Below, piece by piece: positions 10,301 through 19,992 of a DNA stretch of 26,798 nucleotides. Position numbers and translations under genes: made by a program. Source of the stretch: Cyanophora paradoxa CCMP329 (taxonomy: Eukaryota; Plantae; Glaucophyta); the NCBI GenBank assembly GCA_004431415.1, contig QPMI01000381.1:1-26798 (forward strand), read 5' to 3'. Under the pieces are notes generated by a model that was not told the DNA's origin, made no database searches, and saw only the letters and a program-made list of their open reading frames with translations. Position 1 is the first letter of the stretch, and every line of letters starts with the position of its first letter.

Positions 10301-11932
10301 GACTCGGGGGCACCATCGGAGTCGTCGGCGGTGTCGGAATCGGCCCTGGATGACCTGCTCGCGAAGTTCCGGGCGCTGGACGCGGACGGGGCGAGCGCGG
10401 AGGCGTTCCACGCCGCAGCGGAGTCGTTCATTCAAAGCGTCACGTCTCGCTTGCAACGGGCGGCTGCGCACAACGATGACAGCAGCAAGGACACGGATGT
10501 CGAGGGCGACCAAGAAGCGACCATCCAAGATTCTTCCTCTTCCAGCGCGGGCGACAGCCCAAGCGACGCCAGCGGCGATGCCGAGAGCTCTGGCGAAGCA
10601 CCGGGCGAAGCAGAGAGCTCCGGCGACGCCAGCGGCGATGCCGAGAACTCTGGCGAAGCACCGGGCGAAGCAGAGAGCTCCGGCGACGCCAGCGGCGATG
10701 CCGAGAGCTCTGGCGAAGCACCGGGCGAAGCAGAGAGCTCCGGCGACGCCAGCGGCGATGCCGAGAGCTCTGGCGAAGCACCGGGCGAAGCAGAGAGCTC
10801 CGGCGACGCCAGCGGCGATGCCGAGAGCTCTGGCGAAGCACCGGGCGAAGCAGAGAGCTCCGGCGACGCCAGCGGCGATGCCGAGAGCTCTGGCGAAACA
10901 CCGGGCGAAGCAGAGAGCTCCGGCGACGCCAGCGGCGATGCCGAGAGCTCTGGCGAAGCACCGGGCGAAGCAGAGAGCTCCGGCGACGCCAGCGGCGATG
11001 CCGAGAGCTCTGGCGAAGCTTCGGGCGAAGCAGAGAGCTCCGGCGACGCCAGCGGCGATGCCGAGAGCTCTGGCGAAGCTTCGGGCGAAGCAGAGAGCTC
11101 CGGCGACGCCAGCGGCGATGCCGAGAGCTCTGGCGAAACACCGGGCGAAGCAGAGAGCTCCGGCGACGCCAGCGGCGATGCCGAGAGCTCTGGCGAAGCA
11201 CCGGGCGAAGCAGAGAGCTCCGGCGACGCCAGCGGCGATGCCGAGAGCTCTGGCGAAGCACCGGGCGAAGCAGAGAGCTCCGGCGACGCCAGCGGCGATG
11301 CCGAGAGCTCTGGCGACGCTGCGGGCGATGCGTCCAGCACGAGTGCGAGCAGAGGCTTGGATCCGGCAGTGGCGGAGGCGAAAGCAGCAGCAGACCTGGA
11401 AGCGCTGGCGGCGATCTGCGCGTTGCGGGGGAAGGCGGCGGGGGAGGGGGACGAGTCGTTCGTGGGGAGCCTCACCAAGGTCCTCGTCTCGGACAAGCTC
11501 GTCGCCGCCGGCTTCGTGCGCCCGCCCGCCCCGCACCCGCCCCCGCACCGCGCCGCCCGCGCCCGCGCCCCGTCCCGCCTCTGACGCGGGGCGGGGCAGT
11601 CGGTGCCGGAGGCGCTGCCGGTGCTCGAGGGGAGCGCGGGGGCGCTGCGGGAGCGGATCCTGGGGAGCATGTGCGAGATGGAGGCGGCGCGCCTGGAGGA
11701 GAACGGGCCCGTCCTCGACGAGTTCGAGGGGGCCCTCGCCGGCCTCTACGCCCTCGCCCTCCGCGCCGGCACCGAGCCCGACGCCGAGCCCGAAGCCGCC
11801 TCCGAGACCGCCTCGGAGCTCGACGGCGGCGAGGCGGCGGCCTTCGTCGAGGAGCCCGACGCGAGCGGCCTCGAGGCCGAGGCCGCCGAGGCCCCCGACG
11901 GCCCCGACCCCTTCGACATGCCCCTCTGCTAG
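4328..11932 (+). CDS. Giant multi-exon protein: four beta/gamma-crystallin-like domains, tandem acidic helical repeats, Gly/Asp/Ser/Glu-rich repeat and a C-terminal helical domain
   Basis: Spliced 4328-6187 gives Greek-key-like units, e.g. PVLFSREGFRG..DLPSAFDDTAASIVIPTGTKVTVFEG..LFPGRYEL..LDGAVSSVLVE; ALYAGTDFFG..ASDASSIIVANNKRVILH; AHSISSLAVPAGFQVTLFSE..GEARTFGPGSHELRDLSDVAQSFLVE. Introns 9357-9418 and 11516-11599 join the long ORFs. Stop TAG at 11930-11932. The start codon is uncertain. Confidence 0.8.
6981..9251 (+). repeat. 480-bp coding tandem repeat, about 4.7 copies (units start 6981, 7461, 7941, 8421 [474 bp], 8895 [partial])
   Basis: Near-identical units are visible directly. Each encodes two related helical motifs and carries a probable 60- or 54-bp intron. 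Confidence 0.97.
10097..10550 (+). repeat. Detached sixth copy of the 480-bp unit
   Basis: gatctgcttgcgacc...tccagcgcgg matches the array and has the 6-bp-shorter intron variant of unit 4. Confidence 0.95.
10563..11330 (+). repeat. 60-bp coding minisatellite, about 12.7 copies, encoding GDASGDAESSGEAPGEAESS
   Basis: Successive 60-base lines are near-identical. The unit consists of two related 30-bp halves. Confidence 0.97.
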
Positions 11933-12306
11933 CAGCCCCCGCGCCCCGCTGCCCGCGACCCTTTTCTCGCCCCCGCCCCCTCGCGAGGTCTACCTTCACA
12001 GCAGTAATTCCGACTCTCACCTCAGGGCCTCTACTTAAGTAACTACTTTTTTTGAACGTAGACGTGGCTGCTACGAACGCAAACGACATTCACTGCAGAG
12101 ATAGCTCTGCACATGGTCGTGGCTGTGCGCGGCCATGGGACTATCTTTGTCCGGGCGTCCCCTAAAGCACGCGGATCGGTGTCCCGGACGGCTCGTTGCA
12201 GGAGCGCTAGCAGCGGGCATATCGCTCGCGTCGCGTTCTCGCATGCGTTGCCAGGCCAAAAAAAGCGGAGCCGGGGTACATAGGAGAAAAGGGGGGAGGA
12301 AGAAAG

Positions 12307-14793
12307 CTACGCCCAGGGGAGGGGGAGGAGGGCGTCGGCGCAGGCGTCAAGGCCGTGCTCCGCGCCGGCGATGTCGGCCTCGGGGCCCTCCCCGAACTCG
12401 ATCTCGACGACCGCCTCCGCCTCCGCCTCCGCCTCGCCGGCCCCGCCGCCGGCCGGCCCCAGCGCCGCCTGCACCGCTTCCTGCGCCCCCGCCCCGTCCG
12501 CCAGCGCCGGGCGGCCGCGCGCGCCCCGGGCAAGCGCGCACGGCGTCGGCGATGGCGTGCTGGGCGGCGGCGGCGACCTCGTCGCGGGAGAGGCCGCGCG
12601 CGCAGGCCTCGAGCTCCTGGGGGGCAGTGAGGCGGGGCGGCGCGGGCTGCGGGGCGGCGGGCGGGGCGGACGCGGAGCTGCTCGAGGAGGGCGGCGAGCT
12701 GCTGGCCGCTCCAGGGGTCCACCTCGGCCCCCCCGCCCGCCAGCGCCCGCACCGCCTCGTACTTGCGCAGCTGCTCCACCCGCCCCGCCAGCTCCCCCAC
12801 CCGCCCCTCCGTCACCTCCTCCTCCCCCAAACTGCACACAGCCGCCCTCGCCCCCGCCCCGCTCGCCCCCGCCTCCGCCTCCTCGGACGCTGCCGCCTCC
12901 TCCGAGCCGGGGCCGGGGCCGGGGTGCGGGGAGAGGGAGGCGGGCCCGGAGGCTTCCGAGGATGCGGGCCCCGAGGGCTCGGCGGAGGCGGGCCCGGCGG
13001 GGTCGGAGGGGGCGGGGTCGGGGCGGGCGTCGAGGAAGGCGCGGTGCCAGCTCGCCGCGAGCGCCTCCTCCAGCGCCCCCAGCATCGCCGTACCCTCCGC
13101 GCTCTCCGGGGCCCCCCGCAGCCCGCACATCGCCCCCAGGAGGCTGTCCCGCAGGGGCGCGCCGGCGAGGGTCCCGGGGTCGAGGTCCCTGGCGCCCCCG
13201 CCGGCGCCGTAGTAGCGGGCGTCGAGCAGGACGCCTGCGGGCGGGTCACGCAGGGGCGGGTGAGGCGGAGGGGCCGGGGCGCGCACCGAGGGCGAGGCCC
13301 AGCGAGGCCGCCTCCTCGCCGGCCCCCGCACCGGCCCCCGCAGCCCGCACAGCGCCTCCTCCAGCCGCCCGCTCAGCTCCGCCGCCCTCGCCGCCTTCCC
13401 CTCCTCCCCTCCGCCTCCGCCCCCGCCCCGCCTCCTCGCCCCGCTGCCCGCCTCCTCGCCCCCGCCGCCCGACGCCGGAGACTCGTCGCTCGATGCCGGC
13501 GCCTCGGCGTCTCCGCGGGACGCCTCCGGCGCTTCCTCGCCCGATGCTGCCGCCTCGTCGCCGGCGCCCGGCGCCCCCTCTCCGGGCTGGCGGGGGCCGG
13601 CGGGGCGCTGCGGAGGGCGCGGAGCGGGGCGGTGGCGTCGTCGAGGAAGGCGCGGGCGGCGGCGCGGAGCTCGGCCTCGCCGCCCCCGCCCCGTCCAGCA
13701 GCCGGAACGCCGCCAGCAGCTCCGACGCCTCCGCAGCCTCGCCCCCCGCCGCCCCCTGCGCCCCCTCCGCACCGTCAGCGGCGCCGGGGCGGGGCCGGGG
13801 GCGGGGGCGGGGCGGGGGCGCACGGAGAGGGGGGCGGTGACGGCGGAGAGGAAGGCGCGCGCCTCCGCCTCGAACGTCGCCTCGCCCTCGCCCCCCGGCC
13901 CCACCCCTCGGAACGCCGCCAGCAGCCGCCCCTCCCTGTCCAGCCCCCGCTCTGCTGCAGCCTCACCCGACGGCTCGGCCGGCGGCTCGGTCGGCGGCTC
14001 TGCCGGTGGCTCGGCCGGTGGCTCGGTCGGCGGCTCTGCCGCTGGCTCGGCCGGTGGCTCTGCCGGTGGCTCGGCCGGTGGCTCTGCCGGTGGCTCGGCC
14101 GGTGGCTCGGCCGGTGGCTCGGCCGGTGGCTCGGCCGGTGGCTCGGCCGGTGGCTCGGCCGGTGGCTCTGACGGTGGCTCGGCCGGTGGCTCTGACGGCG
14201 GCTCGGGCGGGGTCTCGGGCGGGGCGTCGGGGGCGGGGAGGGGGCGGGAGAGACGGTGCGCGAGGGGCGCGGTGGCGTGGTCGAGGAAGGCGGCGGAGGC
14301 GTCGCGGAAGGCCGCCTGGCTCGCCTCGTCTTCCGTCAACGCTCGGAAGCGCTCCAGCAGCGCCTCCAGCCCGCCCGCGCCCCCGGCCCCCTCCTCCCCG
14401 TCCTCCCGGGCCCCGCCCTCGAGCTGCCGCTCCCCGTCGGGGCCGCCCCTCGCGCTCGCCCCGGCGGCCTCGCTGAGGGCCGCCGTGCCGCAGAGCTCCT
14501 CCTGCACGAGGGCGGCGATGACGGGGGCGGCGGCCGCGCGGTACGCGGCCTCGTCCTCCACACCGCCCGCCTTCAGCTCACCCCACTTCTCCAGCAGCTC
14601 CTCCGTCGCCTCGCCCCGCCTCCGCTCGACCTGCATGCGCCGCCTCGTGACCCGCCGCCACGCCGGCCCCGCGCGACACTCGAACCTCATTCCGTACGGA
14701 TGCTTCCAAGTATGATCGGCTCTGCTCCCGGAGGCCGGACGTGTCGCCCGAGAGAAAGAGCCTAAGCAGGCCTTCGAGCTCGGCGTCCGCCAT
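12307..14793 (-). CDS. Multi-exon acidic helical-repeat protein, diverged paralog of the repeat/C-terminal part of 4328-11932
   Basis: ATG at 14793 (MADAELEGLLRLFLSGD...). Motifs LLERFRAL..FRDASAAFLDHATAPL, LLAAFRGV..FEAEARAFLSAVTAPL and LLAAFRLL..LRAAARAFLDDATAPL; LRDSLLGAMCGL matches LRERILGSMCEM in the partner. Stop at 12307-12309. Apparent 1-bp frameshifts lie in G/C runs near 13590-13690. Confidence 0.72.
13965..14204 (-). repeat. 12-bp coding minisatellite, 20 units, encoding (EPPA/S/T)n
   Basis: Tandem ggtggctcggcc-type units, in frame within the minus-strand gene. Confidence 0.95.
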
Positions 14794-14912
14794 GGCGCCC
14801 GATTTCGGTCCGGTTGCTCTCTGCAATAACAGCAACGCCACGGAGTCAAATGCGTGTGCGGCGCATCTCGCCGAGTGAACAACACTCTAAGAGCTGGCTG
14901 TGTTGCGCGGTC

Positions 14913-15083
14913 TGGCCGGTCGCGCACCGACGGTCCTGCACTTCCCGCCGCCTCGTCTGAACGCTTCTTCGGCGGCTGAGAGCGCCTCCCACGTCTCGTC
15001 GGAGTGTGCTAGCTGCGCGGTCTCGGACGGTACCGCTCCTTGGAGGCCTGGGGGATCTCGTCCGCGGGGGGTAGAGGCTCTGA
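14913..15083 (-). repeat. Right copy of the ~150-170-bp element
   Basis: Reverse complement aligns with 3776-3925. It lies ~120 bp upstream of ATG 14793. Confidence 0.92.
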
Positions 15084-15279
15084 GCCTCAAACCGCGTGTA
15101 CTAGTAGTCCGCAGCGCCGGCGCCGGCGCAGCAATCGATGTCACATGTGCCCGCGGGCCGGCGCGGCTCCCCTGATTGGGCCAGCTATAGCGTCGTTGCG
15201 GCCGAGCGCCCTTGCACATGCAAGTCGCAGCTTAAAGCTTGCCGCGCGCGCAGGCCGGCCTGGGCCGGGCGGCGCCGCC

Positions 15280-15412
15280 GCGCCCCAGCTCGAGCTCACG
15301 TGAATTCTTACTGAGCTACTAGTAGCCTACTACTACTGAGCTTACTGAATTCGTAAATTGTCTTGATCTCGAGATCAAATCCTGCCTGTGCACGTGATTG
15401 TGCACGTGACCT
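15280..15412. other. Palindrome-dense intergenic patch with three CACGTG boxes
   Basis: agctcgagct at 15287, gctactagtagc, ttgatctcgagatcaa at 15363-15378; CACGTG at 15297, 15391 and 15403. Confidence 0.6.
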
Positions 15413-15926
15413 GACATCGCCGCCTTGCGCAGGCTCCCCCCCGCGGGCACCTTCCGCCCGCGGGGGGCCGTCGCCTCCCGATCCACCGGTGCTGCAATCT
15501 TCGGCACTTCACCTAGGTGCCGGGGAGGGCGCACTCCCTCCCTCAAGCTTTAAGGGGGCCTTTCCGTGCTCGGCCGACCGAAGCCGCTCCGGCGGTGGAT
15601 GGCGGGCTGGGCGCCCCTCGTGGTCCAACCCCACGAACTGGAGCCCCAAAGTTGAGATCCGTCTAGCTTGTAGACGTTCTGTCTGCAGCCTGCATGTTTC
15701 TCGAAATGCAAGTCCAAGCTTAAGTCCCGATATCGGTTGCAAGTCGACGTCCAGGAAGCCTGGCTACCCTAGTGCGCAAGAACGATCGGTTGCCGAAAGT
15801 TCATGGAGCCTGCACTTGTGCATACAAGGAGGAGGGAGAAGCAGGGCGGAAATCGGGCCGGGGAGGCGCTGGCCGCAGGCGCCGGCGCCGGCGCGGGCGC
15901 GAGGCGGCGGGTCGGGGCGGGGCGGG

Positions 15927-17471
15927 TCAGAAGTGGAGGTCCTTGACGGCGTTGAACATGACTGGGTGGAGCTTGTAGAAGAGAAGAACGAAGGCGGTGG
16001 TGCCGACGTACTGAATGGCTACTTAGAAGGCGGTGGGAGAGACGGCGGACGGGGCGCGCGAACCGCGGGGCGCAGGAACTCCTTGAGGACGAGGCGGTTG
16101 CGGCCCTCGAGGATGGCCTGGAAGGGGAGCACCGAGGTCCGCGCCGCCACCTCCTCGAACGCCTCCCCGAAGCGCTCCCGCAGCCGCTTGTCCCCGTGCC
16201 ACACCGCGAAGATGTGGTGCGCCATCAGCCCGAACGACGTCACCAGCGTGAACGACGACCCGATCCACAGGCTGTGCGCCAGGCACCAGATCCTGCCCGC
16301 CCCGCCCCGCGTCGGCGCGGCGGCGGCGGGGCGAGGGGGCGGGGGGCGGGGCGGCGGGGCGGGGGTGCGGGGGTGGGCGGACCCCTGGCCGACCATCTGG
16401 GGGTGGCGGGTGATGCGGATGATGCCCTCCTCGTAGAGCCGCACCTGCGGCTTGTTGATCGCCGCCACCTCCGCCAGGTTCTGCCCCGCGTCGGCCCCGC
16501 GCGGCGCTGCGGCGGGGCGGGGCGGGGCGGGGCGGACGAAGGTGGCGGGGTAGAGGAAGATGAAGGAGAGGGCGGAGAGGAAGCAGACGAACTCGCGCAT
16601 GCCGGGGATGCCCTGCAGCTGCCAGAGCTGGACCCCGTCGTAGCGGTGCACCAGGAAGTACGTGATCAGCGCCCCCGCCATCGGGAGGCTGAACAACGCG
16701 AACAGGACCCGGTACGCTGCCCCCGCGTCAAGCCGGCGCGGCGCCGGCGCGTGGCGCGGAGGGGAGGGGAGGGGGGGAGGGGGGGGGGGGGGGGGGGGGG
16801 CACCGCGGGCGCCCATCCAGGCCTCGCCGCGGGGCCGGAGGGCGGCGAGGCCGCTGTGGCCCGTGGCGAAGGCGAGGTTCAGCGCCAGCATCCGCACCTG
16901 CCCCGCTTCTTGTCAGTCCCCGCCGCGCCCGCATCGCCCCGGCGGCGTACGTGGCTATCCTGCAAGAATGCCGAGCCTGCAAGCGCGCCCTCAACGGTCC
17001 CGCCGTACCGCACCCCGGCCGCGGCGTAGCGCACCCTGCTCTCCAGCCGCAGAGATGAGCAGCGCACCGCCGAGAAGAACCGACGGGACAGCCAGTGTCG
17101 CGTTCTTCGCCCAGCTTGGGATCGGCTCCTTCACCTGCGAGCCGACGATTCGTGGGCGATAGTCGCGGGCGCTCCCTCGGAGCGTGCAGGCTCACCGCCT
17201 TCTCAACCTCCTCGATCGTCCGCTCGCGCTTCGGCGTCGTCGGTTGCTTCGCCTTGCACAGCCACTGCGGGTCCGCGTGCCGCCGACCGGCCACACGCGT
17301 GCAAGGCCGGTCCATGCTCACGTCGAAGGAACGTTTAGAGATGGGGAACAAGGCGAGCGGCCTCCTGAGCGCCCGCGCTCCGTGCTGACTCTGCGTGCAC
17401 GCTGCGCTCGCCGCCGCCGCGCCTGGCCGAGATCCTACTCCTTCCCATGCAGCCGCGGCAGCAACGAACAT
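15927..17471 (-). CDS. Z-ISO: 15-cis-zeta-carotene isomerase (NnrU family), plastid-targeted, multi-exon
   Basis: Recognised motifs: FATGHSGLAALR, AYRVLFALFSLP, HRYDGVQLW, FLYPATFNLAEVAAINKP, GIIRITRHPQMVGQ, IWCLAHSLWIG, HHIFAVWHGDKRL, TSVLPFQAILEGR. Last exon YVGTTAF..LHPVMFNAVKDLHF* (stop 15927-15929). N-terminal Ala/Ser/Arg-rich presequence. Confidence 0.93.
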
Positions 17472-17582
17472 TTCTGAGGGTCTGCCTGAAGCGCCGCAAG
17501 CGATCTTTCGACGTGTTCAGGTGCGAACGAAGCGATCTTTCGTGCTAGGTGCGAACGAAGATCGCTGGAGTCGCCCGGTACC
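17472..17582. promoter_or_regulatory. Compact bidirectional promoter between Z-ISO and TBC1D19 with repeated motifs
   Basis: Head-to-head ATGs ~110 bp apart. AAGCGATCTTTCG at 17498 and 17530, AGGTGCGAACGAAG twice, inverted AAGATCGCT at 17558. Confidence 0.6.
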
Positions 17583-19992
17583 ATGGCAGCCGTCCGCTAG
17601 GCCGTAGGGCCGTACGACCTCTATAGATGAGCGACGCCGTCCGCACCCGCTACCCGGCCAACGCGACCCAGGAGGACCGCGAGCGGATCCTGGCAGCCGA
17701 GTTAAAGTCGCACCTCCTCTACTGGAGCGCTCGCAGAGCCGTGAAGGCGAGCCGCTCGGGCGCGTAACACGCCCTGCAGACCCAGGCGTGCGCAGGATGA
17801 GCTCCTCAAGCCGAAGTACAGGCTCGGCGACGTGTCCGATGCGTTGCGTACGATCGAGGAGCTCGGCCTCGGCGTGCAGCTGCGGAACCTCGTCTCTGCG
17901 CTAGACGACGACGCGCGCCGCATGCAGGAGTGCGCGGACGCGCCGCCCCCGTCCTGCGCGGGCCCGACGCCCAGCGCAGGCGGCACGCGGCGTTGGACTG
18001 GCCGCTGCCGTTGTCGCGGGAGCGTTCGGAGGAGCCGATCGAGGCGGTGGAGCGCGTGCGGCTGCGCTGGGAGCAGCGCATGCGCGACGAGCTCGCCGCC
18101 ATCTCCGCCGAGATGGGACAGCCGCTTCTGCCGGCGCGTCCCCGCCCCCCGCTGCGCTTCCCCCGCTGATCACGACGGGAGCAGCCGGGGCCCGAGGAAC
18201 CGCCACCAGACGCGAGCGGGGGCAGCGGGGACGAGGCGGCGGGGGAGGGGAGGGGCGGGGCGGGGAAGGAGGGGTCGGGGGCGGGGCGCGGGGGCGGGAC
18301 GGGACGGGGCGGGGCGGGGGAGCCGTCGCGGGCGGTGTACGACGAGAACGACCTCTTCAACGCCCTCACCGCCGTCCAGAGCCCCAACGCCGCCAGGCCC
18401 CCGCCCCGCCCCGCCCCGCCACGCTGCCCCGCCCCAGCGCCCCGCTGAGGCGGCGCAGCGCTGCGACGCGGCCCCTCGCCTGGGGCCTCATCCGCATCGC
18501 CCTGCGCACGCCGACGCTCGAGGAGCTGCGCGCCCAGGCGCGTCGCCGCCCCGGCCGCCGGGGGCGGGGCGGGGGGCTGAGGGCGGGGGCAGCTGCCGGA
18601 GCTAGCGCCGGAGTACCGGCAGGTCGGCCTCGACGACGAGCTCAAGCGTGCGCCCGCCGCGCCTTGTGCGTTTCACGGGCCGGGGCGGCCGGGGCGAGGC
18701 GGGGGGCGCAGCGTGGTTCGCGGAGGAGCGGTACCGCCTCGGCCAGCGCGTCGTCGCCGCCGGCTACGGCCCCGTCTGCCGTCAGGCGCCCCGCCCCGCC
18801 CCGCCCGCCCCGCCGCTCGCCGCTCGCCGCCGAGGCGGGGGCCCCGCAGTTCCTGAAGAAGGGGGCCCCCGCGGCGCTGCGGCCGGCCCTCTGGGCGCGC
18901 GTCCTCGCCCTCGACCTCCCCGCTGCCGTGCGCCCCGCCTGGCCTCCCGGCGGCAGGGGCCCCGGGCGAGGGGGCCGGTGGGGCGGAGCAGGAGGCGGAG
19001 TTCGCGGTGCTTGGGCGGGGGGCGCGCCGCGGGACGCCCTCGAGGCCCTCGCCCTCGCCGACGCCCGCGTGCGCCCCCGCCGAGCCCCGGGGCGCCGGCG
19101 GCGGGGGCAGGGGCGACGGGGGGCGTAGGAGGCGTCGTGCGACGAGAGCTGCTTCGTCTTCGAGGAGGCCCTCGCCGCCGTCGTCCGCCCGCCCCCGCGC
19201 CCCGCCCCGCCCCGCCCCGCTGAGCGCCCCCAGGTCACCGCCTTCGTCCGCGACCCCGCCCTCCTCGCCAGCTGCGCCCAGCCGCCCCACGCCCCCGTCC
19301 TCGCCCCGCTCCCCGACGGTGCCCGCCCCGCCGGCCTCGCCGGGGCCTGGGTTGAGGGGGCGGGAGGGGGGCGGGGGCGGGTGCCGCGGGGCGGGGTGGT
19401 GCCGTTCAAGGGGCTGGCGAGGCTGGCGCAGCCGCTCTGCTTCCTCTTCGCCGAGCCGGCGCACGTCTACGCCGCCTTCCGCGCCCTCTACGCCCGGTGC
19501 CCCCCGCCCCGCCCCGCCCCCCACCGCGGCCGCCCGAGGCGAGGCGGGGCGGGGTGGGGCAGGTACTTCTGCCGCCTGCACGGGGTGAGCTCGCGCGGGG
19601 AGAGCCTGCTGCGGCTGTGCCGGGCCTTCGAGGAGCTGCTGCAGGAGGCGGAGCCCGGGCTGTGGCAGCACCTGCTGGGCGTGGGGGCGGCGCCGCTGCG
19701 GGCGGCCTTCCCCTGGCTGATGTACGCCTTCGCCGGCTTCCTCGAGGCCGAGCAGCTGCTGCTCCTCTGGGACCGCTGCCTGGCCTTCGACTCGCTGCTG
19801 CCCGTCGCGGCCCTCGCGGCCGCCCTCTTCGCCTTCCGCGCGGGGCCGCTCGGCCGGGCGGGCTCCTGGGAGGAGGTCCAGGAGCTCCTCGCCGACTTCT
19901 CCCGCATCAAGCCCGTGCCCCTCCTCCAGCACTTCCTCTTCCCCCGCCCCCGCCCCCCGCGCCCCGCCCCCGCCACCCGCCCCGACCCCTGA
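17583..19992 (+). CDS. TBC1D19: TBC1 domain family member 19-like Rab-GAP, multi-exon
   Basis: EPIEAVERVRLRWEQR, GLIRIAL, QVGLDD, GAPAALRPALWARVL, FVFEE, GVVPFKG..PLCFLFAEP, YFCRLH, PLRAAFPWLMYAFAGFLEAEQLLLLWDR..LAAALFAFRA, PLLQHFLF follow the order recalled for TBC1D19. Start is ATG 17583 (with intron) or 17627. Confidence 0.88.

Noticed and set aside
6981-11330. CRISPR-like array
   Set aside because: Units are contiguous with no unique spacers, are coding, and no cas genes are present; the context is eukaryotic.
10277-12038. Alternative-frame repeat proteins over the 60-bp array (ALGIAAGVAG..., AKQRAPATP...)
   Set aside because: Open frames follow automatically from a stop-free repeat unit. 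Only the acidic frame splices to flanking exons.
13590-13690. Pseudogene status of the minus-strand paralog
   Set aside because: The frameshifts lie in G/C homopolymer runs and no premature stops are seen, so sequencing error is at least as likely.
3766-15093. Target-site duplication or transposase for the inverted-repeat cassette
   Set aside because: Flanks (…gggctgcga / gcctcaaac…) do not match, and no DDE-like ORF was seen, so it is not called a mobile element.
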